This document shows positions 35,717 through 46,298 of a DNA stretch of 64,000 nt, in pieces (the stretch's first letter is position 1; each line of letters opens with the position of its first letter). The stretch comes from an uncultured virus (IMG/VR IMGVR_UViG_3300045970_000330). Taxonomy: Duplodnaviria > Heunggongvirae > Uroviricota > Caudoviricetes. Both the position numbers and the translations under genes were made by a program. The notes under the pieces are model-generated. The model was not told where the DNA came from, ran no database searches, and saw nothing but the letters and a program-made list of their open reading frames with translations. The DNA is taken from the IMG/VR virus record IMGVR_UViG_3300045970_000330. The stretch is one strand, 5' to 3'.

Positions 35717-38239
35717 TTACCCCTTAGAGCCGTCATTACTTGTAGTCGTGGGTGTCTGCGTGATCTCTGAAACCTTCCACTGGGTGAAGGCTGCACTTAC
35801 ATCTGTAAACCCGATGGCAGTCCCCGTTTTACCTGCTGCTGCTAGGTCTTCCTTCAGGTTGACTACAGGGTCAGCTGATCGGAAGGGAAACACATAGGCA
35901 GGCTTGGGCGCAGGCGTGATCAGGCTATCCGCTGCTGTCTTGTAGGAAGCTGCTCTACGCACAACTAAACCCACCATGTTTGGAACAGGCTTAATTTTTA
36001 AGGCGGGGCATGCGCCCGCAATTACAATGGATTTATGCTGAAAATCATAGTAATCCCCATATGGCACTGTGCTAACCATGTTGGAAAGCATTGTTTCCTT
36101 GCCATCTGCCATGAGTGCCGTAACTCCATACCACTGCTCGGAGTTAAGGGGAATCACTCCCCCCGCCTGCTGTGGAATAGGCACCTGAACAACCGGGTTA
36201 AATACACGAGGGCTACCATTCTGCTGAATGAACCGCCCAATGACTTTGCCATTGCCATCTTCATACAAATGGTAGTTCTGCGGAAGCTGAGAAAGGATGT
36301 CTTTGAGAGCCTTCAGCAGCGATGTAGTGGTATCCACGCCCAGGGTGATCTTTGACATGATGATGCCTGTAGCTTCCAGACTAAGACTTGTCGCTGGAAT
36401 GCCCGCCTCAATCATGAGCCGCTTCATCATTTCCGCAGCTTCCATGTGGGGGCTATAAGCTAGATCATAGAAAGTCCCGGTAACAAAGATTTCTGTTCGT
36501 CGGAAGGTTCCCTGAAGCTGAATGGCGCCCTTCTCGTAAAGAGTTTCGTATTCCGTGCCCTCAATAAGCTCGCGCTGGTAGCGGGATGATTCAGGTAGTG
36601 CCCGGTTCTTCAGATTGCTAGGGCTGTATCCCTTGAGTGTTCCTGCCCCATAAGGGACCGCCCAGGTGCGCAGCATAGCCCTGTTATTCTTCTTGCTCAT
36701 CACTCGATGTTGTGGATAAGGTGAACGATAAATGATTCCATCCGCCGTAGTCCAGCGCTCAGATCGAGGAAGATTTAGGATGTTGTTATCGAGCTGAATT
36801 GCAGTGCCATTGGTAGCTACAGTCACGCTGGTAAATTCTAGGCGTGGATTGTCTATCCAGGCTGTTCCAGCTACCGTGAGCTTCACTTGGTAGATTGTAA
36901 TTACCGTATCCGTATCTGCATCGAAGGTGGAATTTGGAATGACAGGAACAGAAATGGATTGTCGCTGCCACTGGTAGGCTGTATCCACGGGGGTGTTAAG
37001 CAACAACCCTCCCAAGGCGGCGGCATTAAACAGAGTTGGACCTGTAACTGTCGTATCACTATGCGTAGTAGGTGCCCCGTATGTATATGTTAAACGGTTG
37101 TAGCTGCATTTAAGAATCTGGACACGGATAGTGCTGGCATCCGTAATACGATAACCAAAACCCATCAAAGACATAGTGCCTGTGGGGAGCTTGGTTAAAT
37201 CGAAACGAATAGTAGCGTTAATCAGTTTCAGCGATCCAAATTCATCATCCAGAACCTGGGTTACATCCTTGGTTACGCTAGTAGCGCCTGCTTCTACAAA
37301 CCAGGAGTGCCCATTCAGATTCCATACCGCTGTAGCTGTAGTGTCCTGCACCGGGACCGCAACTCGGGCGGCTTGATCCTCGAAACTTTCATCGGTGAAG
37401 TTCACTTGGGTAGACCCCGGAACACCCGTTATGGAAAACGTAGTGATATTCGACACACCCGTAAAATATCCAGGAGTAAGATATGCCCCATTCTGGAAAA
37501 AGACATCATCGGAGTCCCACCAAAACAACTTCGCCAGCAGGCTAGCTGGGATTCCGGTAGGACCAACTTCCATTGTAGAGGGATCACCATAGTGGTTGGA
37601 TGTCGCCGTAAAACCCGTAGGGACATTCTGAGGGATCGACACAGCCCTGAAGATCCCAACAGCGCTTGTGAGTGTTGCGAGATCATAGAAGCTGTTTGCG
37701 GGAACCTGTGAGGTCGTTCGCATGATGGGGCTAAAAGAACCCACCAAGGTCTTCTTAGTCATTTCGGTAAGCACCGACCCTGCGACTACACGCAAGCTGT
37801 CCTGCCCCTGACTTACTGCTGATTCAACTGCGTGGATCTTACCCCGGAACCTGGGAATCCAATTTGCACGGATAGTCGGATCGTTGCCCTGGGCGATACG
37901 GAATACTTGGACCTCATTACCTTCTGCGAGCAGGGGCGTAAAAGTATCCACCATAGTGGCACTATTGTGATCCAGCACCATTGCGCGATTGTAAGGCGAC
38001 TCTGAATTATTGGGTGTGAGTTGTCCCACTGGGTTGATGATGTCCAGCGTGATGTCCGTAGCAATCACACCTCTATTAGACTTAAAATTGAATCCCTCGA
38101 CATAATCTGTAATGTCGCGTTCGGTGCTGTAACCTTCAATCTCATTCGGTTTTCTACTCTCGGGCACACTGCTATCTACACCGGGCGCCCAGTTGACACG
38201 CTGCCTGACAATAATTCTGTAGAGCTTTTTTACAGCCAT
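35717..38239 (-). CDS. tail-tip/baseplate hub-like protein
   Basis: 840 aa after distal-tail gene; DITDYV...LDIINP...EGNEVQV...FRGKI hub-like N-terminus. Confidence 0.6.
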   Translation of the reverse strand: MAVKKLYRIIVRQRVNWAPGVDSSVPESRKPNEIEGYSTERDITDYVEGFNFKSNRGVIATDITLDIINPVGQLTPNNSESPYNRAMVLDHNSATMVDTFTPLLAEGNEVQVFRIAQGNDPTIRANWIPRFRGKIHAVESAVSQGQDSLRVVAGSVLTEMTKKTLVGSFSPIMRTTSQVPANSFYDLATLTSAVGIFRAVSIPQNVPTGFTATSNHYGDPSTMEVGPTGIPASLLAKLFWWDSDDVFFQNGAYLTPGYFTGVSNITTFSITGVPGSTQVNFTDESFEDQAARVAVPVQDTTATAVWNLNGHSWFVEAGATSVTKDVTQVLDDEFGSLKLINATIRFDLTKLPTGTMSLMGFGYRITDASTIRVQILKCSYNRLTYTYGAPTTHSDTTVTGPTLFNAAALGGLLLNTPVDTAYQWQRQSISVPVIPNSTFDADTDTVITIYQVKLTVAGTAWIDNPRLEFTSVTVATNGTAIQLDNNILNLPRSERWTTADGIIYRSPYPQHRVMSKKNNRAMLRTWAVPYGAGTLKGYSPSNLKNRALPESSRYQRELIEGTEYETLYEKGAIQLQGTFRRTEIFVTGTFYDLAYSPHMEAAEMMKRLMIEAGIPATSLSLEATGIIMSKITLGVDTTTSLLKALKDILSQLPQNYHLYEDGNGKVIGRFIQQNGSPRVFNPVVQVPIPQQAGGVIPLNSEQWYGVTALMADGKETMLSNMVSTVPYGDYYDFQHKSIVIAGACPALKIKPVPNMVGLVVRRAASYKTAADSLITPAPKPAYVFPFRSADPVVNLKEDLAAAGKTGTAIGFTDVSAAFTQWKVSEITQTPTTTSNDGSKG

Positions 38240-38242
38240 GTT

Positions 38243-38668
38243 TTACAGTCCTAACGCTATTACTACATTACCAACAGCCAAATCGGTTCGTATTGCGGGG
38301 ACCGGAAGAACTGGAACTATGTCAAGTTCCAGAGTTAGAACCACGGTGTATAGGATCAGATTTAGATTCTTGGTGGGGGTCTTAGCGATGTCCGTAGGGG
38401 TGTAGGAGCCCGCAGGGAACTCGAAGCCTGTGTGAGCTACCGCAATAGCGTTCTGTGCGCTGTATAGGGCTTCCAGCGTAGCTAGCTGGGCAGCGCTTAG
38501 ATAAGGGAACTGTAGCTGTAAGGTATAGCCCTCATAGGATGAGCGCGGGGTAGGGGATATGGTGCCGCCTCGCACATTCCCTTTAATGGTTTTCTTTTCT
38601 CGGGGCTTAACCTTCAAGTCCCCGAGAACTGAAATCCAACTGGTTCCGTTGAGTGTTAGTGTTGCCAT
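38243..38668 (-). CDS. distal tail protein-like
   Basis: 141 aa immediately after tape measure (TAATG coupling). Confidence 0.55.
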   Translation of the reverse strand: MATLTLNGTSWISVLGDLKVKPREKKTIKGNVRGGTISPTPRSSYEGYTLQLQFPYLSAAQLATLEALYSAQNAIAVAHTGFEFPAGSYTPTDIAKTPTKNLNLILYTVVLTLELDIVPVLPVPAIRTDLAVGNVVIALGL

Positions 38669-41600
38669 TAGGCACCTCTACGCATTTCTTTGGAAATGCC
38701 TTGTGCTAGGGCTGCCGATAGCTCGCTGGGATTGTTAGCCTGGACAATCAACTGCTCCACCTTGATGGTTGGTGCGCTCTGTGCGTAGCGACCGCTCAAG
38801 AAGGCACTTGCCGCCACGCCTTGGAAGGCATTGCCCACATCAGCTCGGCTGCTCAGGATGCGCTCCGCTGCCAGCCCTAGGGACTTACGTTGTTCCTCTG
38901 CGATGGCAAGCATCTTCTCCATGTCAGACTGCTGGCGGGCGAAGGCTTTCTCGGCTTCCTCGGACTTGTTCTTACCCGCTGCCTGGGAAGCCAGCATTGT
39001 GGCGGCTACGGAAGCAACCATTAGAGCCGCACCCGGTAATGTCATGGGACCGCCCGCCATAGCGGATGCTGCACCAAGACCACCCGCGACAGCCTGATAG
39101 TTCTGAGCTGCCTGCCCGTTACCCTTTTGGGAAGCATAGCCCGCGTATGCGGACATTCCGATAGCTGCGGCGCCACCAGCGGCGCTACCCCAACTAATGT
39201 CCCCATTCGCCTTATACAGCCCGCCCCTTACATTCTTACCATCGACATCGTTGGTTTTGCTAAAGAAGTTCACACCACTGGTGGACATTCCAATCTGAGA
39301 CAGACTTCTAGCTGCGCCAGATTCGTTGGGTCTTACAAAGTTTCCCTGAGCATCCGTGTAACCAGTGAGATTGCCTTCCTCATCGGTAACTGGAGTGATA
39401 CCCATGCCTTCCATGCCAGCGCCCACGTTCACAGTATTATATCGAGCACTGAACATCTGATCGCCATACTGTGTTGACATCCTGTAGGTGCTGGACCCCA
39501 CAGCACTCTGCGCGCCCATGCCCATGAGAGCGCCCATGCCCGCGCCTGCAACAGCGCCTGTGAGCCCCCAGCCTAGGGTGTTCTTACCCGTAGACCCCGC
39601 GATGACACCAGCTGCACTCATGCCCATCACAGCCCCAAGTCCCATGTAAGAGCTAACGCCCATGGGATTGTTACCGTTGTTGGCTCCATTCAGGAATCCT
39701 TGTGAGCTGTAGCTGCCCGAAGTGCCTGTCATGGATAGGGAACCCGACCCCGCGCTAACCCCGGTGCCCGAAGGGGATGCCGTAGGGTTGCCCTGTAGGG
39801 TGCTATTAAGCGCCGCCATTGTAGCGGTATTCATCTGAGTGGCTTGTGTGTTCTGCTCTGTCGCGCTAAGTAGTGTCTTCTGAATTTGCTGATTGGCTAC
39901 CTCGCCAGTGGGATCATAGAGCATGCGCCCCATAGCAGAGAGCGGATTGCCGGGACCACCCGCCTTATCCAGACTCTCGAACATCCCGGTCATGTTGGTG
40001 ACCAAGCCCTTCTGGATGGTGTTTACTGCTAGCTTGTTCAGGTTACCAAAGCGCTGGGAGGCATCGCCGCCGTAAAGCTCGGCTACTACAGATGCAGAGA
40101 ATGCGCGCCCTTCTTTGGTGGACACTACAGCGCGCTGGACTTGTTCCATTGTAAGTAGCTGCTTGAACGTAAGCTCGTTAATCCTTTTCCTAGTAGCAAT
40201 CTGCTCTGTAAGTAAAGCTCGTTCTTCTATCTGAATGTTCAGCTTTTCTTGTTCAGCCTTAATCTCCATACCCAACAACGCTGTGAGATCCTTTTGCTGA
40301 TCGCCTCCAGTATTGAACAGACCCCGGATGTCAGCACCGAGCTTTGCACCACTGAACGATTCTATTGATTTATTATATGCTTGGTCCGCACGCTTACTTA
40401 CTATTGCGATCCTGGCTACATCCTCAGCGTGCCGCTCCTTCTGCAATGCCAAGGTTGCTGCCTGATCAGAGCCCTCAAGCATCAGATCCCTGTGCCCAGC
40501 ATTAATACCTAGGCTTTCGGATGCCGTTTGCATCCTAGCTTTAAGTGCACCTTGGGTTTGCTCTCGTTTTTTCTTCGCTGTGAGGTGGGCGTGCTTCAAC
40601 TGATATAATTCAATACCAGCTGCATCGGTAGGCATAGGTCCGAGTTCCTTTAGTGCATCTTCGGCAAGCTCGGCATCCCCCTTCATTAGAAGTTCACCCG
40701 TATCATCAAAACTGCCCAGCTTTAACATGGATGTTGTTGCAGCTCCGTATAACTTTTTCAGATTGCCTTTATTGAAAAACGCCTTGTTCATAATGCGGTC
40801 GGCTTTCATACTGGCAAAGTGCAGTTGAAGCACACCATTCTGCTCATCCGGTGGGCTGCCCGCCGCCCTTCTCAGATCCTCCGTAATTTGGGCGTCTTGC
40901 AACACAATCATCTTCTCTAGGGCTTCTGGACTAAAAGCGGGATTACTCAATAGTTCCGCTAATCCTTGTGGATCGCCGCCCTGTGCAAATGCCTTAGCAT
41001 TTTGCTGCACCAGCTTGAGTAGCGCTTTGGGATCTTTACCCTTGTCCATGTTTACCGTAACACCTACAGACTTATCCTGAGGATCAGCCATCTTCCAGGC
41101 ACTAAGTAAGGTATCCCGCTGATCCAAATATTCGCCACCATTACCCATCAAGTCTTTACGTGATCCTGTATTATTGGCTAGGTCTTTAGCCTCCCCCGGA
41201 ATGCGCGTGTTGTAAATACCTACGGTGCGGTTCATCTTACCCACAGCACCAACGCCCGCAGCATCCAACTCGCCTACGATACGATCACGTAGTTTGGTGA
41301 AAGCTTTAGGATCTTTCGTAGTTTTTAGTCGCGCCTCGATTCGGCGCGCTCCCTCAGATGTAGATATTCCAACCTTACCGCCACTAGAGGCGCTTGAGCC
41401 CATTTCAGCTGCAAGACCTCTAAGAAATACCTCATCATCTGGATTCTCATTGTAGCCTATAACACGTTGCTGTGATTCCGCTGTAAGTAAACTTGCCCAA
41501 TCCCCCGTATTAGTTTTATGAAATCCATCCATACCATTCTTTTTATACCAATGCCATTCTTGCTCCGCTGTTTGTGTTCCCGCTGCGGCGCCAAGATCCT

Positions 41601-44600
41601 GGTATAACTTTCCAGTGGCGTCATTTCTACCCAGGCTCATACCGTGTCGAGTCTCAAGTAGTTTTTTATACTGCTCTATCATTTCAAGGGCTGCTAAGCC
41701 CTTTCCATAATCACTATCGCCAGTCATTGATCCCCAGCGTTTACGTGAATTTTCAGCCCATGCCCGAATTTCAGGATCTTTATCCCTGGCTGCCGCAGCC
41801 ACTGCGGGCTGAATATCATTCATCGCATTGCCAATATTGTATGTAGCGCCCCTAGCATACATAAGACCTACACCAATTTTTCGCGCCAGATTTTCTACCT
41901 TACCTCGAAGACCATCCTGGGTCATTTCAGCCTTGGCTTTAACCTGCTTATCCAGTTCGCTAGTTTGCCCCTTTAGAATGTTAAGTGTTGCTGCTTCCCC
42001 GTTAGCCTGTATTGGTAGCAGAGCAATAATTTTTTCCTTCAAGCGTAGGGCTGCGTCTGAACCCCCTTTACCGGATTCCACCATTTTCTTGTAAGAGCCC
42101 GCTATACCACTAAGAGAATAGTAATCCTCGATGCTATCGCTTGATTTCAAGGCACTACGAGTGGCTGCTACTCGGGAATTTTCGCTGCGAGCTGCGGACT
42201 TTTCATTCACACTGTCTTCATAGGCATTCAAACCCATAACCCCAGCGGTAATTACTGCCCCTCCCAGTAAACCTGTAACTCCACCCAGCGCGCCAAGTCC
42301 AAGTTTCCCCCACTCCTTAAAAGACCCCTTACTCGCAATATCACCTAACATGCCTGGAATTGCGCCCGCGCCCTGAATCATCTTAGATGCAGATATAGTG
42401 CCAATAAGACCCATAACAAGTTTAGTAACTACAGCTATGGCATTGCCATGCGCAGCGATAGAGTTGATAAGACCCGCAAGCCCGTTGATAAATCCCTTAA
42501 TTCCGTCCCCTGCGGGTGCCAACTGAATGAGAAAAGCTTTTAGTGATGCTCCTAATTTATCAGTAGATCCCACAAGGGAGTTGGTATGTTCAAACGCCGC
42601 TTCATCTGTGGAAATTAGCCCGCTCTTTGTAAGGGTTTCCGCATCACGCATCATTTTTTTGTAAGGGTTTAATCCACCTTTTAGCATCTGAATAGTGCCG
42701 GGGCTATTCCACATATCAATGGTTTGACCCACCTGAGTAATTTCACCCTCAGTAATATGACCCTGCTCATATAAAGACTGAATTTTACCTAGAGTCTTCA
42801 TTGGGCTACCATTATTTAGGATACTTGTCATATCCTCGCCGCCAATGGTCATGCGGGTCTGCCTTCTAGTTAGAATTTCGCCTAGGCGTTGCATTGTCTT
42901 AGGATTCTGCAAGCCAATCTGAATGCGATTAAGCTTGGAACCCATAATCATATCACGCGATCCGGCTGCTTCCTGTAGTGCCCAGGCTTTAATATCCTCA
43001 AATGAAGCCGTGTTACCCATAGATGGAAGGTTGGCAGTAGTCGCTGCAAGCATTGCCCGCATACGCTGTGGATCAAGGCGCATCATGCCACCTACGGCAT
43101 TTAATTGCTCAAACATACCTCGTGATTCAATGGCGCTAAATCCTGCATTTTGTAGGGCAGGTAGGGTAGCTAGAGTCTCATCGGTTTTGAGTGTCCCCGT
43201 TAGATGCATATTCGTGAGAGTTTTTGCTAGAGCTGAACGATCCTCCCGAGTTCCAGATGACCCAAAGTAAACAGCATTATGAATATTTGACGTATCCATC
43301 ATGGACAAACCAGTTCGCTTAGAATCCTCAAGCATGCCTTGAGTAATACTCTTAAATGCTGCTTTGCGTTCCTGCATATCGGCAATCTTCGTTACAGCAG
43401 AGCGCACGTTAGCAAATGCCTTATCTACGTCTAGGGCAACGGTATAAAGTTGTCGCATAGCCCCAATTACTGTGCGAACCGCTGCGACACCCGTCCCAAA
43501 ACCAATCACCTGCTTGAGCGTGCTGCCGAAGCTTTTACCAGTTTTATCCGCTGCTGCCCTTGCCTCAGCAAGAGCCGCAGACATGCCCTTAACGGACGAA
43601 GACGATGCGGACAGGGCGGCTATGGCTTCCTTGGAGGACATCCATTCTAGCCCCTTTACCGTGCCGCCATCACGAATAGTGGCGTAGCGGGCGCGCTCGG
43701 CGGTCATACCTGTGAGGGCAGTGGTCCCTGCCATTCGCTGGGCACCAGAAAGACCACCCGCGCTACGGGCACTCCGCAGCTCACTCGTAAGCTCTGTAGT
43801 GCGGCTCAGGCGCTTATTAAATTCCTCACGCCAGGGCTCATAGAGCCTTGCATGACTTTCATCATAAGCTGCACTTTCGGCTTTTAGGATGCTAGTTCCA
43901 GCTGTCTGCGCGGCGCGCTGGCGTGTTCCGCGCTCCCGATATGCTGCTCCCCACTGGCGAGCGTAAGCTGTGCCCGCCTTATGTGGTGCCTCTGAGCGCC
44001 TTTCATCTTCTTCAATGCCCATGCGGTGAATACGCAGATTTGCTTGTCCCGACTTTTGAACATTATTATCGAAGCGCGTATTAGCATTATATGCTGCCTG
44101 TAAAACTCCCGCAGCCTTCATTCCTGCCAACTGTGGTGCATTATCAAAACGCACATTCATGCTATCAGCGCGCATAAGCATGCCCGCCTGGGCGCGCATT
44201 CCCTTTTGAGAAGTCTCGTTCCTGCGCCCTAGATCCGTTTCGTTGTCATAATATTTCTGTTGCAATTTCTCGTGTAGGGTTTTAATTCGCTCATTACCCT
44301 TTTGCATATATTGTGCCGTGGTTGCCGCTAGACGCTCACGCTGCCTTGCCCCGGCAATTCGCGCCTGCTGTTCAATCTGCGCGTCTTCAATCCCCTTTCC
44401 AGAGGATTTCATGTAATTCGCTAACCATCCCGGTGACTGAATAGTTGCCTGCATTAGCCGTTGATTATGCGCTAGATCCGTTTGGGCTGTAATGCGCCCC
44501 TGAGGAATGACCATCTTGTTCGTAAGTAGCGCAGATAATTCAGACGCTCGCATATAACTGGGTAAAGTGCTAATATCCTCGCCACGGCGTGGGTTTACCC

Positions 44601-45018
44601 GGGCAGCCAGCGATGTAGCTCGCGCAAGCATGATCTGATGTTCAGTGGAAAAATGCTTGACGGGGAGTGGGTAGGTCTTGGATAAAACGCCGGATGGTGG
44701 CTTAGCATACGCAGCTCCAGAACCACCCTGTATAGGAGGCAGCTGCACATTGACCGCAGCGCCGCCCTGGAAGGGGTTAGATCCCGAGAGCGCCCGCAGC
44801 TTTTCCGCCGTAACACCTAGACCGTCATTAACCAATTTGATGGCATTAGCCCACTCAACTGTGGCGCTTTTCAAGCCATTGATGATATTTTTACTCTCAC
44901 CCAAAGAGGCAATAGCCGTCTTGAGTTCCTTGATCTTGTTCACGAATGGCGTTAGATCGGTTCCGATCTTGATGCCGATGGTGATTTGCTTAGCCCCGCC
45001 GCTGTTTCCGCCAACCAC
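38668..45018 (-). CDS. tail tape measure protein
   Basis: About 2100 aa Ala/Gly/Met-rich helical protein with hydrophobic stretches, upstream of tail-tip genes; GTG at 45018 preferred because 45054 lies inside the promoter motif. Confidence 0.85.
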   Translation of the reverse strand: MVGGNSGGAKQITIGIKIGTDLTPFVNKIKELKTAIASLGESKNIINGLKSATVEWANAIKLVNDGLGVTAEKLRALSGSNPFQGGAAVNVQLPPIQGGSGAAYAKPPSGVLSKTYPLPVKHFSTEHQIMLARATSLAARVNPRRGEDISTLPSYMRASELSALLTNKMVIPQGRITAQTDLAHNQRLMQATIQSPGWLANYMKSSGKGIEDAQIEQQARIAGARQRERLAATTAQYMQKGNERIKTLHEKLQQKYYDNETDLGRRNETSQKGMRAQAGMLMRADSMNVRFDNAPQLAGMKAAGVLQAAYNANTRFDNNVQKSGQANLRIHRMGIEEDERRSEAPHKAGTAYARQWGAAYRERGTRQRAAQTAGTSILKAESAAYDESHARLYEPWREEFNKRLSRTTELTSELRSARSAGGLSGAQRMAGTTALTGMTAERARYATIRDGGTVKGLEWMSSKEAIAALSASSSSVKGMSAALAEARAAADKTGKSFGSTLKQVIGFGTGVAAVRTVIGAMRQLYTVALDVDKAFANVRSAVTKIADMQERKAAFKSITQGMLEDSKRTGLSMMDTSNIHNAVYFGSSGTREDRSALAKTLTNMHLTGTLKTDETLATLPALQNAGFSAIESRGMFEQLNAVGGMMRLDPQRMRAMLAATTANLPSMGNTASFEDIKAWALQEAAGSRDMIMGSKLNRIQIGLQNPKTMQRLGEILTRRQTRMTIGGEDMTSILNNGSPMKTLGKIQSLYEQGHITEGEITQVGQTIDMWNSPGTIQMLKGGLNPYKKMMRDAETLTKSGLISTDEAAFEHTNSLVGSTDKLGASLKAFLIQLAPAGDGIKGFINGLAGLINSIAAHGNAIAVVTKLVMGLIGTISASKMIQGAGAIPGMLGDIASKGSFKEWGKLGLGALGGVTGLLGGAVITAGVMGLNAYEDSVNEKSAARSENSRVAATRSALKSSDSIEDYYSLSGIAGSYKKMVESGKGGSDAALRLKEKIIALLPIQANGEAATLNILKGQTSELDKQVKAKAEMTQDGLRGKVENLARKIGVGLMYARGATYNIGNAMNDIQPAVAAAARDKDPEIRAWAENSRKRWGSMTGDSDYGKGLAALEMIEQYKKLLETRHGMSLGRNDATGKLYQDLGAAAGTQTAEQEWHWYKKNGMDGFHKTNTGDWASLLTAESQQRVIGYNENPDDEVFLRGLAAEMGSSASSGGKVGISTSEGARRIEARLKTTKDPKAFTKLRDRIVGELDAAGVGAVGKMNRTVGIYNTRIPGEAKDLANNTGSRKDLMGNGGEYLDQRDTLLSAWKMADPQDKSVGVTVNMDKGKDPKALLKLVQQNAKAFAQGGDPQGLAELLSNPAFSPEALEKMIVLQDAQITEDLRRAAGSPPDEQNGVLQLHFASMKADRIMNKAFFNKGNLKKLYGAATTSMLKLGSFDDTGELLMKGDAELAEDALKELGPMPTDAAGIELYQLKHAHLTAKKKREQTQGALKARMQTASESLGINAGHRDLMLEGSDQAATLALQKERHAEDVARIAIVSKRADQAYNKSIESFSGAKLGADIRGLFNTGGDQQKDLTALLGMEIKAEQEKLNIQIEERALLTEQIATRKRINELTFKQLLTMEQVQRAVVSTKEGRAFSASVVAELYGGDASQRFGNLNKLAVNTIQKGLVTNMTGMFESLDKAGGPGNPLSAMGRMLYDPTGEVANQQIQKTLLSATEQNTQATQMNTATMAALNSTLQGNPTASPSGTGVSAGSGSLSMTGTSGSYSSQGFLNGANNGNNPMGVSSYMGLGAVMGMSAAGVIAGSTGKNTLGWGLTGAVAGAGMGALMGMGAQSAVGSSTYRMSTQYGDQMFSARYNTVNVGAGMEGMGITPVTDEEGNLTGYTDAQGNFVRPNESGAARSLSQIGMSTSGVNFFSKTNDVDGKNVRGGLYKANGDISWGSAAGGAAAIGMSAYAGYASQKGNGQAAQNYQAVAGGLGAASAMAGGPMTLPGAALMVASVAATMLASQAAGKNKSEEAEKAFARQQSDMEKMLAIAEEQRKSLGLAAERILSSRADVGNAFQGVAASAFLSGRYAQSAPTIKVEQLIVQANNPSELSAALAQGISKEMRRGA

Positions 45019-45043
45019 TCTGCACCTATAGGAAGTCCTAAGG

Positions 45044-45055
45044 TCTATTACCACC
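45044..45055 (-). promoter_or_regulatory. GGTGGTAATAGA motif (putative phage promoter)
   Basis: Copy upstream of tape measure; TACCACCC-N16-GGGTGGTA inverted repeat to 45080. Confidence 0.6.
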
Positions 45056-45103
45056 CTACAAAATCAATCTTTGGGTGGTAGGTTAGTGTGCGTTGTCACA
45101 ACT

Positions 45104-45853
45104 TTAGATCACGATTTGAATCGCCCAAGCATCATCAGCTAGGTTCTCAGTGATATAGGCATAAGGCATCCAGAAGTAGCCATCTAGCCCCCAATCCTTA
45201 CCCCACGAGTTACGCACTAACAGCATTTGCGCAGCATCGTCATAGCCTACCGCCAGGACAGCGTGCCCACCTTGATCCTCTTTGCTGGTATCCGGCATAG
45301 CTAGCACTCCGCTAGCATCAACCTCATCTACACAGCCATAAACAGTAAAACCAAATACAACGGGAACACCGCTAGCTAAACTGGACTTGTAACCCTGCAA
45401 ATTTACTACACGCTTATACGCCACTGCCCGATGATGCTTCGCCTCCGCATATGCCTTTGTTGAGGGTTTACGCTTAAAGTTCTCAATCACATATGGAGCA
45501 AGCTGCTCGGAGCAAGCCCCAAAAGTGTTGACGCTCTTAATGATGTCTCTAATTTGTGCCCCGGCGTCCTCAAGCTGGGTGCCTTCCATCTTCCTACCAT
45601 TGTAGTAAATAAACAGCCTGCTAGGAGATACGTTCCCTAGCCCGTTTTTATTGTGTAGGTATTCAATGGCAGATGCCGTTGCGTTCGCCGTGCACGACCC
45701 TAGATGACCTTGATCATAGACGGGCGGCATACCCCACCTAAGATCCACTGAATGGGGTAGAGGGTGGTCTACAGCGCAATGCAGATGATCTCTGTCATCC
45801 TTATGATCAGGCTTCCATCCATGCTTACGGGGGGTTGTTCTAAAGTCTCCCAT
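45104..45853 (-). CDS. papain-family (C1A, xylellain-like) cysteine protease
   Basis: DQGHLGSCTANA, SRLFIYYN, GGHAVLAVGYDD, RNSWGKDWG..GYFWMPY. Confidence 0.93.
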   Translation of the reverse strand: MGDFRTTPRKHGWKPDHKDDRDHLHCAVDHPLPHSVDLRWGMPPVYDQGHLGSCTANATASAIEYLHNKNGLGNVSPSRLFIYYNGRKMEGTQLEDAGAQIRDIIKSVNTFGACSEQLAPYVIENFKRKPSTKAYAEAKHHRAVAYKRVVNLQGYKSSLASGVPVVFGFTVYGCVDEVDASGVLAMPDTSKEDQGGHAVLAVGYDDAAQMLLVRNSWGKDWGLDGYFWMPYAYITENLADDAWAIQIVI

Positions 45854-45859
45854 TTTGCC

Positions 45860-46297
45860 CTACCAAGCAATCACAGGTAGTTCAGCTAAAACTTCAGCCA
45901 CAGTTGGAATGGTTCTGAGTCCTAAGCCGACATCCGCCATGATCTGATAGGCGGCTGCCCAGCATTGGTCACGCCAATCCACGCCCGCCTGCCCCTCCGC
46001 TCTGAATCTAGGGATGGAAGATGATGCGTAAGTGCATAGGGATAGGATTCCATCATAGTTGCGGGTCTTGGCAACTCCATCCAGATGGTTCTGAATCGCC
46101 TCCACGATGTTCGCGGATACAGACTCAGGAGTTTCCATGGGGGCAGGAGGGTCCTCGGACTGAGGCGCGTTGCCCTGATTAACCCACGAAATGTAGGTAA
46201 CAAAATCAGGATCATCCGTGCTCTGACAAGGAGCAATAACCTTGCCATCGGACATCCGTAAAACTTCACCAGTTGAGGGGTATATGATGTAGGTCAT
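45860..46297 (-). CDS. fibre-assembly chaperone-like protein
   Basis: AIQNHLD..AKTRNYDGILSLCTYA....FRAEG...WRD.CW pattern typical of genes following fibres. Confidence 0.6.
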   Translation of the reverse strand: MTYIIYPSTGEVLRMSDGKVIAPCQSTDDPDFVTYISWVNQGNAPQSEDPPAPMETPESVSANIVEAIQNHLDGVAKTRNYDGILSLCTYASSSIPRFRAEGQAGVDWRDQCWAAAYQIMADVGLGLRTIPTVAEVLAELPVIAW

Positions 46298-46298
46298 T

